A stretch of DNA of 64,000 nucleotides. Origin: Anaerohalosphaeraceae bacterium. Lineage in GTDB: Bacteria > Planctomycetota > Phycisphaerae > Sedimentisphaerales > UBA12454. A program made the position numbers and the translations under genes. The notes under the pieces are model-generated. The model did not search any database. It saw nothing but the letters and a program-made list of their open reading frames with translations, and was not told where the DNA came from. Below, in pieces: positions 28,144-40,691 of this stretch; the stretch's first letter is position 1, and each line of letters opens with the position of its first letter. The stretch lies in NCBI GenBank assembly GCA_021108375.1, contig JAIORA010000048.1, positions 66,977-130,976 of the forward strand, read 5' to 3'.

Positions 28144-30442
28144 AAAACCCAAAATTACTTCCGAGCTTTCCCGCGAACTTAATCTTTTCCACGTTACGAT
28201 GATGGGTATGGGAATGATGATTGGGGCGGGTGTTTTTCTCGGTATGGGAATATCCATCGGCAATGCCGGTCCCGGCGGAGTGGTATTGACATTTAGCCTC
28301 AATGGACTTTTAGCAGTACTGACAGCGATGTCGTTTGCAGAACTCAGCTCGGCAATTCCGCGGGCAGGCGGCGTTTATAATTTCGCCAGGGTAGGTTTCG
28401 GCAGAGGGACAAGTTTTCTGGCGGGCTGGATGGAATGGTTCGCCTCAAGTGTTGCCGGGGCGATGTACGCTCTTACGTTTGCAATCTACACCGTTCGATA
28501 CGTCAAAGCACTTGGTGGATTCGGCTGGCTGTTTAGTCTTCTCAACATCGAATCAGGCTCAGCAGCAGAGAGCAGTTTTATATATATGGCAGTGAAAATC
28601 ACCGCGGTTATAACTGCCGGACTTTTCATATATATAAATTTTCGCGGAGCTAGCGAGACTGGTAAAATCGGCGCGATAATTACGATGGGGCAAACCATAT
28701 TCGTCGTTGTCATTGGTATCACCGGAATACTCGTCGCTATAAAGGAACCTTCCCGGCTGGCGAATTTTACACCTTTTATGCCGGCAGGCTGGTCGAAGCT
28801 GCTCATAACGATGGGCTTCACCTATGTCGCGTTTGAAGGTTATGAAGTTATCGCCCAGGCTGGCGATGAGACCATCAATCCCCGGCAGAACCTTCCCAAG
28901 GCGATGATATATTCGGTGCTGATAGTAACGCTGATATATGTACTCGTGGCTTTTGCTACGGTGGTTTCTGTTAAGGCTGTGCAGGTACCGGACGGGACGG
29001 CCCCGTGGCAGTGGATTGGCTCGTTCGGCGAAAAAGGATTCGGAGAGGCCGTCGCGAAGCTGATGCCGATGGGGAATTTCATTCTCACAATCGCGGTAAT
29101 CTTCTCGTCAACAAGCGCTCTAAACGCAACAGTATTTTCGGCGACACGCGCATCGTACGCTCTCGGCAGGGATAAGATGCTGCCAGGGGTTTTTTCCGCT
29201 ATTCACAAAAAACGAAAGACCCCATACGGGGCGCTGATAATTACCGGAATAATAGTTCTGATTGTGGCCACTGTTCTGCCTACAAAAGACGTTGCCTCCA
29301 GCGCGAGCATAATGTTTTTGTTCTTGTTTTTTCTCGTCAACCTGTGCGTTATAAAAATCCGACTGAATATGGCCGACGAACTGACTTATGGTTTTCTGAT
29401 GCCGCTGTTTCCGCTGTTTCCGGTTCTGGCACTCATCGCTCAGGCCGTTCTTGCGGTATGGCTGATTCATATGTCGCTGATAGCCTGGATTATTGCACCG
29501 TTATGGATTCTATCCGGATTGGCGGTTTACTTCGTCTATTCAAAATCTCGTGCCGAAGTTACTGATGATGAGATTCTCGTACTCGACGAAAAACTTCCCG
29601 CCACAGATGACAGTCGTTACAGCGTGATGGTTTCGGTGGCTAACCCCGCAAATGCGGTGTCCCTTGTACAGAGTACCTATAAAATTTGCGGCGCGAAAAA
29701 TGCCAAGGTCGAACTGCTGCATATGGCACCGGTGCCAAGCCAGGTTTCGCTGCACGATGCTGAAAAATATATAACACAAGGCAAAGAAAGTCTTGCCGAG
29801 GCGATGCTTTATCTTGCGATGCACTTTCCCATCAGTTTTACGATACGCTACTGCAGAAATATCGCTCGTGGAATCGTTTCGGCATTGCGTCAGAAAAAAA
29901 TTAACCTGCTCGTTATGGGCTGGCACGGAAAACCGAAAAGCAGATTGTTCAGTCTCGGCTCGACCATCGACCCTGTTATAGAACGCTCGCCCTGCGATAT
30001 AGTTATCCTGAAGGATTGCGGCAGGAATCAGGAGTTTAAGAATTCGCTGGTACTGGCCGGCGGCGGAGCAAATTCCGCGTTGGCACTGGAAATCGCATCG
30101 ATACTCACCTCGCCGGAAGATGGTCAAATAACCGTACTCACAGTTGATACCGGCAGAAGAGATTTCGATGTCGAGCAATGGTTCGAAGAAAACCGCCCGC
30201 GCCTGCAGCCGGAAAGTGCGAAGGTGATTACTAAAACCATTAAATCGCGTTCGGTCAGACGGGCAGTATTGGGCGTTTCAAAACACTACGACCTCGTTCT
30301 GCTGGGTACGACTAATCGTCCGCTGCTGGCAAATTTCGGTAAGGCTTCTTTGCCGGATACGATTGCCTGTAGATGTAACAGGCCGGTAGTAATAACTAAA
30401 TCAGGGGGGACAATTTCCTCCTGGATAAAACGATGGATATAA
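28136..30442 (+). CDS. APC-family amino acid permease with C-terminal USP-like domains
   Basis: GMMIGAGVF, FAELSSAIPRAGG, AFEGYE, many TM helices; LLVMGWHG..LGSTIDPVIERSPCD. Confidence 0.92.
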   Translation: MAEKPKITSELSRELNLFHVTMMGMGMMIGAGVFLGMGISIGNAGPGGVVLTFSLNGLLAVLTAMSFAELSSAIPRAGGVYNFARVGFGRGTSFLAGWMEWFASSVAGAMYALTFAIYTVRYVKALGGFGWLFSLLNIESGSAAESSFIYMAVKITAVITAGLFIYINFRGASETGKIGAIITMGQTIFVVVIGITGILVAIKEPSRLANFTPFMPAGWSKLLITMGFTYVAFEGYEVIAQAGDETINPRQNLPKAMIYSVLIVTLIYVLVAFATVVSVKAVQVPDGTAPWQWIGSFGEKGFGEAVAKLMPMGNFILTIAVIFSSTSALNATVFSATRASYALGRDKMLPGVFSAIHKKRKTPYGALIITGIIVLIVATVLPTKDVASSASIMFLFLFFLVNLCVIKIRLNMADELTYGFLMPLFPLFPVLALIAQAVLAVWLIHMSLIAWIIAPLWILSGLAVYFVYSKSRAEVTDDEILVLDEKLPATDDSRYSVMVSVANPANAVSLVQSTYKICGAKNAKVELLHMAPVPSQVSLHDAEKYITQGKESLAEAMLYLAMHFPISFTIRYCRNIARGIVSALRQKKINLLVMGWHGKPKSRLFSLGSTIDPVIERSPCDIVILKDCGRNQEFKNSLVLAGGGANSALALEIASILTSPEDGQITVLTVDTGRRDFDVEQWFEENRPRLQPESAKVITKTIKSRSVRRAVLGVSKHYDLVLLGTTNRPLLANFGKASLPDTIACRCNRPVVITKSGGTISSWIKRWI

Positions 30443-30500
30443 CCACAAATTCAAAAAAAGAGTGATTTTAAGACTCGGAATTAAGGGGGGGTACGGAAAA

Positions 30501-30571
30501 AGCGGGTGATGAGAATCGAACTCACATGGCTAGCTTGGAAGGCTAGAGCTTTACCATTAAGCTACACCCGC
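30501..30571 (-). tRNA. tRNA-Gly(TCC)
   Basis: GCGGGTG...CACCCGC stem; CTAGC-CTTCCAA-GCTAG; GTTCGATTC. Confidence 0.96.
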
Positions 30572-30640
30572 AAAAAACTGCTGAAATCATCGGGGGATTC
30601 TAACGAAAGTAGGGATATTTTACAAGGATAAATTTGGATT

Positions 30641-31747
30641 TTAGTCTCGCCGGCAAAACCCTTTGATTCGTATATCCGGACCGATAGTCTCCGATGAGCC
30701 GTTTTTTTTGATTGCTTCTAAAAAATCTCGCATTTTTTCAGAAATTTTTACACTGCCGTTACTGTCCAGTTTTTCAGGCGAAATGTAAACGATTCCTTCA
30801 TCAGCAAAGTCAGAGCCTATAAACGAATCTAAAACCGCCCTGCCGCCTTCTATGAGAACCTGCTGGATACCAACTTTGCCCAGATGGTTAAGCACCTGTC
30901 GAATATCACACCTGCCATCATCGCTTTGGACCACAAAAATTTCAGCGCCGCATTTTTTTATCGCCTTTGCTTTTTCGGTCATCTCCACAAGAGTTTCTTT
31001 GGCCGTAACTATCAATACCGGAGACTGAGAAATCGTTTGCAGAAGTTTGCTTTGAATGCTTATTCGCAATTTGCTGTCCAGGACAACTCTCAAAAGCGGT
31101 TTCTGCTCTGGCGACCGAAGAGTTAAAAGCGGGTCGTCATCTATAACCGTATTTATGCCAACAAGTATCGCCTGAACCCGTACTCTTATTCGCTGGACAT
31201 CCTGCCTGCTCTGCGAAGAAGTTATCCATCTATCGCCATCCGTTCTGGAGAGAAAACCATCATCGCTTTGAGCCCATTTGACAATGACCCAGGGCATTTT
31301 TGTACGAGCGTATTTGAAAAAAGCAGCGTTCAACTGCCTCGCCTGTTCCTGACAGAGACCCACGTCAACCACTATTGCGGCACGGGTCAGAATTTCAAAG
31401 CCTTTGCCTGCCACCTTTTCAGTGGCATCTGTGGTAGAAGCGACAACACGGGATATTTTCGCAGCGATAATCGCTTCGGTACAAGGCGGTGTTTTACCCG
31501 TATAACAGCAAGGCTCAAGAGTAACATACATCGTAGCACCTTTTGGCGAAAAACCGTTTTCGCGACAATCGGCCAGCGCGTTTATCTCAGCGTGGGGGCC
31601 GCCAAAAATTTCGTGGAAACCCCTGCCTAAAATCTCCCCATCCCTTACAATCACACAGCCAACGGCTGGATTAGGCTCTACACAGCCTATACCCTTTTCG
31701 GCCAGGGCAAGAGCTATCTGCATATGTTTTTCATCGGCAGAACCCAT
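30641..31747 (-). CDS. ribD: Riboflavin biosynthesis deaminase/reductase
   Basis: PNPAVGCVIV, HAE, TLEPC..GKTPPC, DDPLLT, IEGG. Confidence 0.95.
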   Translation of the reverse strand: MGSADEKHMQIALALAEKGIGCVEPNPAVGCVIVRDGEILGRGFHEIFGGPHAEINALADCRENGFSPKGATMYVTLEPCCYTGKTPPCTEAIIAAKISRVVASTTDATEKVAGKGFEILTRAAIVVDVGLCQEQARQLNAAFFKYARTKMPWVIVKWAQSDDGFLSRTDGDRWITSSQSRQDVQRIRVRVQAILVGINTVIDDDPLLTLRSPEQKPLLRVVLDSKLRISIQSKLLQTISQSPVLIVTAKETLVEMTEKAKAIKKCGAEIFVVQSDDGRCDIRQVLNHLGKVGIQQVLIEGGRAVLDSFIGSDFADEGIVYISPEKLDSNGSVKISEKMRDFLEAIKKNGSSETIGPDIRIKGFCRRD

Positions 31748-33751
<2,004 letters not shown>

Positions 33752-33811
33752 TTAGTTTAAGGCCAATAGCGAAAATTTGCAACAGCATTTGAAAGCTGCT
33801 CTTCGGATTTG

Positions 33812-34258
33812 TTAAAGCCATTTTCGAGCACAAAGCTCATAATCCAGGATTTCTTCCGGCTTAAAATAAAGAGCTATCTCCCTTTGAGCAGCCTCTGGAG
33901 AATCCGAAGCGTGGACGAGGTTGAATCTTTTGGAAGCACTGTAATCGCCCCTTATCGTACCAGGAGCAGCTTCGTAACTGAAAGTAGCACCTGTCAGTTT
34001 GCGACAAACCTCGATAGCATTGCTTCCTTCGAGAACAATAAGGAGGACAGGAGCGCTGGAAATATATTCTACCGCTCTGTCGAAGAAGTATTTGTCGGCG
34101 TGGGCCTCGTAATGCTCTTGCGCCAGTTCAACGCTTATCCGCATAAGCCTGGCGGCAGCAATTCTAAGCCCTTTACTCTCAAACCTGCTTATTATACTGC
34201 CAGCCAAAGCACGTTGAATGCCATCAGGCTTAATAATTATGAGACTGCGTTCAGACAT
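33812..34258 (-). CDS. ndk: Nucleoside diphosphate kinase
   Basis: ERSLIIIKPDG, PGTIRGD, NLVHASDS. Confidence 0.97.
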   Translation of the reverse strand: MSERSLIIIKPDGIQRALAGSIISRFESKGLRIAAARLMRISVELAQEHYEAHADKYFFDRAVEYISSAPVLLIVLEGSNAIEVCRKLTGATFSYEAAPGTIRGDYSASKRFNLVHASDSPEAAQREIALYFKPEEILDYELCARKWL

Positions 34259-34295
34259 CTTTGATGAATTGTTCCAAATCTAAAGGTTTATAACT

Positions 34296-35093
34296 TTAAG
34301 CTCCTGCCGGAACCAGATAAATCTCCACTCGTCTGTTTTTGGAGTTACCCCTACGGCCGGGGGCGTTGTCCTCGACAGGCCTGTACTGGCCAAAACCTTT
34401 GACGCTGATACGTTTAGGAGCTATGCCGTTCTTCTCCATCACAGCCCCAACCGAGATGGCTCTGTGTGCGGAAAGATGCCAATTAGTCGGATGCAAAGCT
34501 CTGGTATCAGGCTTGCGAATTGGTACATCATCAGTGTGGCCTGCGACGACAACATCAAAACCTGAAGCTGCTTTTGAATTTACTATTGTGCAAAATTTAC
34601 CCAATGCAGACACGGCATCTGAGGCAACAACATCACTGCCCTTCTTAAACAACAAATCGCTTTTGAATTTTACCATTCCGCTCGATTCGTCAAACGTTAT
34701 CATATCGCTTTGAGCGGCAAACTTTTCAAGCTCGCTGGCCAGTTCCGGAGGCAGTGCTGAACCGCCGCGAATAAGCTCTGCCTGCATCTTACCTATGAGC
34801 AATGTCTTTGCCTGAATGTCAGCTTCCATTGCCTCTGCTTTTTTCTTCATCGCCTCAGTATCAACGTCATAAACCTCTTCGGCTTCTGCGAGCTGTTTCT
34901 TTGTCTGGGCAAGCTGGAGTTTAGCTACGTTATACTGACTTTCCAGGTCATCTATACGCTGAAGCTGGCTTCGATTTCTCAGCTTGGCATCCTTGTATTT
35001 ATTCTCAGAGCTACAACCACTGAACAAAATCGCAGAAAACGCTAAAATAAATGTGATTTTTATGGCACGCATTGTAATGTCCTTTCCTGACAA
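34296..35093 (-). CDS. OmpA/MotB-family lipoprotein with coiled coil
   Basis: FSGC lipobox; GHTDDVP, NWHLSAHRA, NRRVEI. Confidence 0.9.
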   Translation of the reverse strand: MSGKDITMRAIKITFILAFSAILFSGCSSENKYKDAKLRNRSQLQRIDDLESQYNVAKLQLAQTKKQLAEAEEVYDVDTEAMKKKAEAMEADIQAKTLLIGKMQAELIRGGSALPPELASELEKFAAQSDMITFDESSGMVKFKSDLLFKKGSDVVASDAVSALGKFCTIVNSKAASGFDVVVAGHTDDVPIRKPDTRALHPTNWHLSAHRAISVGAVMEKNGIAPKRISVKGFGQYRPVEDNAPGRRGNSKNRRVEIYLVPAGA

Positions 35094-35199
35094 ACCTAAA
35101 ATCCCTTTATGAAGGCACCGAGAGCCTGTGAGAAGAATTTAACTCTAAAAAGTTACAAAAGCCAGAGAAAAATATGCAAAAATCGCACCGCCGATGAGA

Positions 35200-36555
35200 C
35201 TATTGATAATCGTCAGCGGCTTTTTTACCCTTTTTAACTTTTTTGGACTTTTTTGCGTTTGTTTTTTTCTCTTTTTTAGCTTTGGGGGCTCTGGCTTTCT
35301 TTGGCTTTGCTTTGGCATTACCGCCGGACGCTGTAACAGAGGCAATGATAGCCATCAAAAAGACTGCTCCGGCGGTACCGGCAATGATGTACCATATTAT
35401 GTCCTGAACCGAGGAAAGTATTTTGAGCTCAGCTATCGGCATTAAAGTGGACAGCACAACTATTGAAGCGTAAACCGATGCTATCAAAGGCAAAAAGAGC
35501 ATTACGCCGAACACATTGCTTGATGTATCCGGAACATCCTGTGCGTAAATTGCTTTGGCCATCGGCATCGACGAAACGGACTCCGTTTCATCAATAGTTT
35601 CAACCGACCCTGGCTCGACAGCCTGGGCCATCATTTCGTCGGCCTCGACCTCAAAACCCATTCCTGCCGCGGGGCTTTGGCCCTGGTCATTGGCTCCGGG
35701 CTGGCCACTTTCGGGATAAATGTCATCAAGCACAGCACCCAGAGATGTGTCATCGGCCTGCAAAGAAAGGTCCAGCAGGCCTGAACCACTGCCGCCAAAG
35801 CTGTCGAGATTAACATCATCGTCGAGCCTTGCAACCGACAACTCTTCTTCGTTGCCAAAACCACCATCGTCAAGTGAGCCGCCTTCTGATGATATAATCT
35901 TCGTCTCTCCGATAGTGTCATCACTCAAACGAAACTCAGGGTCGGTATCACCAAGTATGTTTATCGATGAGCCGGTAGTGGCCGAAAGCTTTGTATCCTC
36001 GCTGATAAGAGCGTCATCGTCTTCCTGCGGCACCTCTAATATATCCTGCCCACCCGAGGCAAGGCTGACTTCATCAGGCTCATCATCAGAACTGCTCACA
36101 CTTGCTTCTGTTTTGGTATCGCCTTGAGGAGCATCCAATTTCGACTGGGTGTCTTCAAGAGAAAAATTCCCAAGCTCCTCATCCGCAACAAGCGCGCCGG
36201 TTTCATCAAGCTTCAGCAAACCCGAATCCAAACCGCTGCTGTCATCAGCTGGTTCAGCAGAGAGAGCCTGAAGCTCCTCCGGAGCAAGCGTAATCTCGCC
36301 CGTCTCATCTATCGACACCTCAAGTGAATCATCCAGAATGGAAACATCGCCTGCGCTCTGGGCACCGATGGCATCGACATCCTCAACTTTGTAAAGCTGT
36401 TTTGCGCCATCGCGAAATTCTCTGAGCTTGCCCTGCCGTACAAAATCTCTGACCTGGTCTTCGCTTTTGCCAAGCTTTTCCATTACCTCTTCAAGTGTGT
36501 AGAACATTCCGGGCATATTAACCGCTTTCAAAAAAATGTTTGTCGTTTGGTTCAA
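35200..36555 (-). CDS. Excisionase-like HTH plus long acidic region plus two TM helices
   Basis: FYTLEEVMEKLGKSEDQVRDFVRQGKLREFRDG; D/E/S-rich middle; two hydrophobic helices; Lys-rich tail. Confidence 0.8.
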   Translation of the reverse strand: MNQTTNIFLKAVNMPGMFYTLEEVMEKLGKSEDQVRDFVRQGKLREFRDGAKQLYKVEDVDAIGAQSAGDVSILDDSLEVSIDETGEITLAPEELQALSAEPADDSSGLDSGLLKLDETGALVADEELGNFSLEDTQSKLDAPQGDTKTEASVSSSDDEPDEVSLASGGQDILEVPQEDDDALISEDTKLSATTGSSINILGDTDPEFRLSDDTIGETKIISSEGGSLDDGGFGNEEELSVARLDDDVNLDSFGGSGSGLLDLSLQADDTSLGAVLDDIYPESGQPGANDQGQSPAAGMGFEVEADEMMAQAVEPGSVETIDETESVSSMPMAKAIYAQDVPDTSSNVFGVMLFLPLIASVYASIVVLSTLMPIAELKILSSVQDIIWYIIAGTAGAVFLMAIIASVTASGGNAKAKPKKARAPKAKKEKKTNAKKSKKVKKGKKAADDYQ

Positions 36556-36671
36556 ATCCGGATATCTAAACTCACCCAGACTAATCTGATTATACTGTTT
36601 AACATCAGCGTTTCAAGTCAATTCTGCTGGAGACAAAAACTTTCAACCCCTTTGAGAGCAAAAGCTTATCG

Positions 36672-37286
36672 CTACGAGTTGTTTATCTCAACTGAAACTG
36701 CCGTAATCATCTTCTCAAAAAGCTCCATTGACAGCCCCATAACGTTGGTTCTACTGCCCTTAATCCGCTTGATGAATGCATCTTTGTCGGCCTGAATCGA
36801 ATAAGCACCGGCCTTGCCTTTCCACGTTCCGGAGTCTATATGTTCTGAAATTTGTGCCGCGGTCATCGCAACCGGAAAGACTGTCGTGCTGGCAAAATCG
36901 GTTAACTCAAGACCTATGTCGAGCTTAACCATTGAGATTGCGGTTATAATTTTGTGGGGCGTGCTGAATAACTTTTCTATAATTTCGCGAGCGTGAGTCG
37001 GGGTTTCGGCTTTGCCTATAATCTCGCCATCAAAATCAGCTACCGTATCTGCGCCAACGACAAGTTTGTCTGGAAAATTTTTCGCGACCGCCCCGGCTTT
37101 TGCCATCGCAAGCATAGACGAATAATCGCAGGCATTTAAATTCGATTGATGGTCCTCGAATTTGCTTTCGTCAACATCCGAAACTACCACATCAAAATCA
37201 TAACCTGCCCGGCTGAGAAGCTGCTTTCGCTGAGAAGAGGCTGAGGCGAGAATAAATTTTATCTTCTGATTTTGTATCGCTGTCAT
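36672..37286 (-). CDS. maf: Maf-family nucleotide pyrophosphatase
   Basis: ILASASSQR, GADTV, IIGK, GKAGAYSIQ, NVMGL. Confidence 0.92.
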   Translation of the reverse strand: MTAIQNQKIKFILASASSQRKQLLSRAGYDFDVVVSDVDESKFEDHQSNLNACDYSSMLAMAKAGAVAKNFPDKLVVGADTVADFDGEIIGKAETPTHAREIIEKLFSTPHKIITAISMVKLDIGLELTDFASTTVFPVAMTAAQISEHIDSGTWKGKAGAYSIQADKDAFIKRIKGSRTNVMGLSMELFEKMITAVSVEINNS

Positions 37287-38383
37287 TTTACTCTGATGTT
37301 ATAAACAATTTTTTTGCAGAACCTCAAATATGCCGGCTCGATTTTTTCGATATCCTGACCAATATAAACAGCAAATAATTTCTGAGCTATATAACTGTTC
37401 CACCTCGCTGTCAACTTAATGCTGCGGTCAGAAGCTATCACAGCCTCGGATGCATCCAAAGGCCAACTGCCGTTAAAAGCACCTAAAAGCATCTGCTGGT
37501 ACTGGGCGAACCTTCTGCCGTAATCGTCTTCCCGCAGGAACCTCACCAGCGCATAAGACTGAGCGTAAAACGCCATAGTTGCCCTGCTGGATTTTTCCCA
37601 CATCACAACCTCGCCGGGATTGAGCGATATGAGCCGGCTAAGCGGTATCATCCTGTTATTCTGCAAGGTGAGACGCAGCGAACCAAGCTTGTTGTAGTTT
37701 TTGGTCTGCGTGAAAACAAAATCACGGCCATCATATTCGCTTGTCTCAAAAAGCTGGGCAATGCCTTCGTCAAGCCAACTCGGCAGTCGGTATTTGAAAG
37801 TCGAATCACAAAACTGGTGCCACCCTTCGTGACCAATCACGCTGAATGTTCTGCTGCGACCAATATTGTAGGCAACACAGGCGCCATCAAGATAATAAGC
37901 TCCCCTTTTGATTTTCTGATATATCGGCCACTGCTGGCCGGTGTAACCCTTTGTAAAACTTTCCCACTGCCTGCGGCCATCAAAAAGATATATGACCAGT
38001 TTGCCGGGAGTCTGCGCGGGAGACGGCAACTGGCTTTGGTAGGCACTATATGCGGCCTCGACAAAGGCCGGGACCTGCCTGAGCATTAACGGCTCCATAA
38101 GCGTTGTATAGATCTTGTAGTGAACCGTTTCAATCATAAGCCCTTTTTCACTGTATGGATTTTTCCAGGGCTTTATGTCCCATACCGCAGGCATTGGGGC
38201 GATGTAATTTATTAAACCTTCAATGCTCGAAAGAGGTGCCGTTGAACAGTTGCAGCCTTTATCTACCTGCTTTTCGGTCGGCTCAATACTACTGGCGTTA
38301 CGCTCAAATCTGGTTTCCTGACAGCCTGCCACAAAGATGAGCGAGAGAATTATTAGTAATACATTTTTTTTTAATCTACACAT
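37283..38383 (-). CDS. DUF1570-like lipoprotein with HExxH motif
   Basis: VAGC lipobox; HEGWHQ, PSWLDEGIAQLFE, FYAQSYALVRFL. Confidence 0.75.
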   Translation of the reverse strand: MCRLKKNVLLIILSLIFVAGCQETRFERNASSIEPTEKQVDKGCNCSTAPLSSIEGLINYIAPMPAVWDIKPWKNPYSEKGLMIETVHYKIYTTLMEPLMLRQVPAFVEAAYSAYQSQLPSPAQTPGKLVIYLFDGRRQWESFTKGYTGQQWPIYQKIKRGAYYLDGACVAYNIGRSRTFSVIGHEGWHQFCDSTFKYRLPSWLDEGIAQLFETSEYDGRDFVFTQTKNYNKLGSLRLTLQNNRMIPLSRLISLNPGEVVMWEKSSRATMAFYAQSYALVRFLREDDYGRRFAQYQQMLLGAFNGSWPLDASEAVIASDRSIKLTARWNSYIAQKLFAVYIGQDIEKIEPAYLRFCKKIVYNIRVK

Positions 38384-38417
38384 ATTCTAAGGGCTTTCTA
38401 AATTTCGCACTCTCTGA

Positions 38418-38978
38418 TTACTCTTCTATAATCTCAGCGGTAAAGAGATAAACGTCCGTATCCTTATCTTTCCAGGCCGTCGCATTTAGCCCTGCCTTGC
38501 CTGAGCAGCAGTGAGACAAAAACTCTTCTTTGCTCCAGCCGGTTTCAGTGGCGACCTGAGGCAAAAAACAGCCCGAAGCCGCCCCCTGCGTTATATATAT
38601 GCCATCAATACCGAGCCGCAGGCTAAGCGGAGCATCTGTTTTCTTCAAAGGCGAAAGGACCGAAATTTCGATGTCGAGTTGCGAAACCTCCTCTGCTGTT
38701 ATAGGGTCGGAAAAAAACCGCGAATCGTTTGTCGCCGCCGCTACCGCCATTTGCGATACCGTTTCAATCAGTGGCCTGTTGGACGTAAACATACCAATAC
38801 AGCCACGAAGCTGGCCTTTATTTTTCAATGTAACAAAACAGCCGCAGTGCAAATTCAACTGCGTATCATCGCTACGGGATTTTTGGACTTTGCCTCCGGC
38901 AACAGCAGAGGCTACAGCCTCTCTGGCAACTTTCAGCAAAACTGTTTTTTGCTCATCGGTCATCATATCACGATTCAC
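38418..38978 (-). CDS. amrA: AMMECR1-domain protein (AmmeMemoRadiSam protein A)
   Basis: GCFVTLKNKGQLRGCIG, DSRF, IEISVLSP, FLPQVA. Confidence 0.92.
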   Translation of the reverse strand: MNRDMMTDEQKTVLLKVAREAVASAVAGGKVQKSRSDDTQLNLHCGCFVTLKNKGQLRGCIGMFTSNRPLIETVSQMAVAAATNDSRFFSDPITAEEVSQLDIEISVLSPLKKTDAPLSLRLGIDGIYITQGAASGCFLPQVATETGWSKEEFLSHCCSGKAGLNATAWKDKDTDVYLFTAEIIEE

Positions 38979-38998
38979 TCATATAAAAAAATTGAAAT

Positions 38999-39652
38999 TT
39001 AATGCAACATTTTCAAAACCGCAAACCCGCCCACCAACAGCAACACAAACAGCAGGCTGAGCCAGTTAAAATATTTTTCCACAAAAGGCCTGATTGTTTC
39101 ACCCTTCCACCTGAACAGCCCTGCCACAATAAAAAATCTTGCAGACCTGCTGACTGTTGAGGCAACGATAAAACCCAAAAATGAAATTTTCGCAACTCCG
39201 GCTGTTATTGTGCAGACCTTGTAAGGCAAAGGCGTGAACCCGCAAGTAAAAACAATCCCAAAGTCATACTTGTTATATTTAGCCTGAAACCACGCAAAAT
39301 TATCCTCGGTGAAACCAATACGACCAAGATGCTCAAAAACCCACACGCCAATCTGGTCCCACAAAAACACGCCAATCATATACCCCAAAATTCCGCCCAG
39401 CACCGAAGCCAGGGAGCAAGCCAAAGCAAATCGCAACCACTTTTTAGGTGCGCCAAGTGTAAGCGGAGCGAGAAGCACATCAGGCGGAATCGGGAAAAAA
39501 CTCGACTCCGCAAAACTTAAACAAAAAAGCGCCGTCGCACCGTGTCTGGTATCGGCAAAATGAATTACCCAATCGTACATCCGCCTGTGCAAGTGCCACC
39601 ACGCGACCTTTTGCGGCGAATCAGATAATTTCGCATTATCAACTTCTGCCAT
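38999..39652 (-). CDS. YqaA/DedA-family membrane protein
   Basis: SFAESSFFPIPPD, FTPLPYK. Confidence 0.9.
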   Translation of the reverse strand: MAEVDNAKLSDSPQKVAWWHLHRRMYDWVIHFADTRHGATALFCLSFAESSFFPIPPDVLLAPLTLGAPKKWLRFALACSLASVLGGILGYMIGVFLWDQIGVWVFEHLGRIGFTEDNFAWFQAKYNKYDFGIVFTCGFTPLPYKVCTITAGVAKISFLGFIVASTVSRSARFFIVAGLFRWKGETIRPFVEKYFNWLSLLFVLLLVGGFAVLKMLH

Positions 39653-39875
39653 AGCGTAAGCCCTGAACTAACATAAAATTATTGCAGACGGAGTATTATA
39701 TATAAAACCCATCGGAGCTACAAGCAACTTAATCTTGCGGCAAAGATGACGCAAGCAGCAATTTTTCTGATAAATTTGGATATTAGGTAAATATATATTA
39801 TGTTTTACTCGTTAGAGTTGTAATTCTATATTAAAGACAAGTACTGCTGCCACAAAATGGGAATTATCAGGGGGC

Positions 39876-40688
39876 GTGCCTGTGGGAAAAGAACATAGCG
39901 CCAAAGCTTTTACTCTAATAGAACTGCTTGTTGTAATTTCCATAATTTCAGTGCTGCTGGCCTTGCTGATGCCGGTGCTTTCGTCTGCCAGAAGCCGAGC
40001 CAGGCTTGTTGTCTGCGCATCTAATCTGCATCAGAATTATATCTCTCTCGATACCTACGCAAAAGAGAATAACGACTGCTGGCCGAGAACCGATTACGGC
40101 TCACACACAAATCAGTTTTACCGAATCAATTCACCCGATGTACACGGGCCTTTATATTATCTGTGGCTGGCCGGATTTGTCGAAGAGCCAAAGACCTGGT
40201 ATTGTCCTGGGAGCAGCGAAAAACCTGAACAAACCTGGCAGCAAAACGGCAACGGTAATTACAAACCTGTAAGCTCAATGCACGGGGCCGGCTATCAGTT
40301 CCGAATGAGGCTCGCCTTTTACAACTCTTCCGGCCGAAAAACGGTTTATAAATCCGCGAGAAAAAAGAATTGCTACGGACAATTGCGGCCGGACAATTTC
40401 AGAAAACTTGTCCTCTGGAGCGATGCCTTCGGACATTCCGAAAACAGAATCATAAACCACAAAACCGGCCAATGGAATGTGCTGTTTAACGACTCCTCCG
40501 TAAAAACCAGAGACGATAAAAGAAACATCATACCACAACTTAATCTTTCGTGGTCACAGGCCGGCGATTGGCGGCTGCTCCTGCCAAACGGCAAGAAAGA
40601 TTCATACCGCCATATGGCGTTTTTGTGGCATTTTTTCGATAAAAACAGTTGGGAAATAGAAAATAAAAGCCCGCGTTACAAGCCTTAA
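39876..40688 (+). CDS. Stand-alone prepilin-type protein
   Basis: [39 protein letters not shown]; HKTGQWNVLFNDSSV resembles the H-X9-DG motif. Confidence 0.9.
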   Translation: MPVGKEHSAKAFTLIELLVVISIISVLLALLMPVLSSARSRARLVVCASNLHQNYISLDTYAKENNDCWPRTDYGSHTNQFYRINSPDVHGPLYYLWLAGFVEEPKTWYCPGSSEKPEQTWQQNGNGNYKPVSSMHGAGYQFRMRLAFYNSSGRKTVYKSARKKNCYGQLRPDNFRKLVLWSDAFGHSENRIINHKTGQWNVLFNDSSVKTRDDKRNIIPQLNLSWSQAGDWRLLLPNGKKDSYRHMAFLWHFFDKNSWEIENKSPRYKP

Positions 40689-40691
40689 CGA

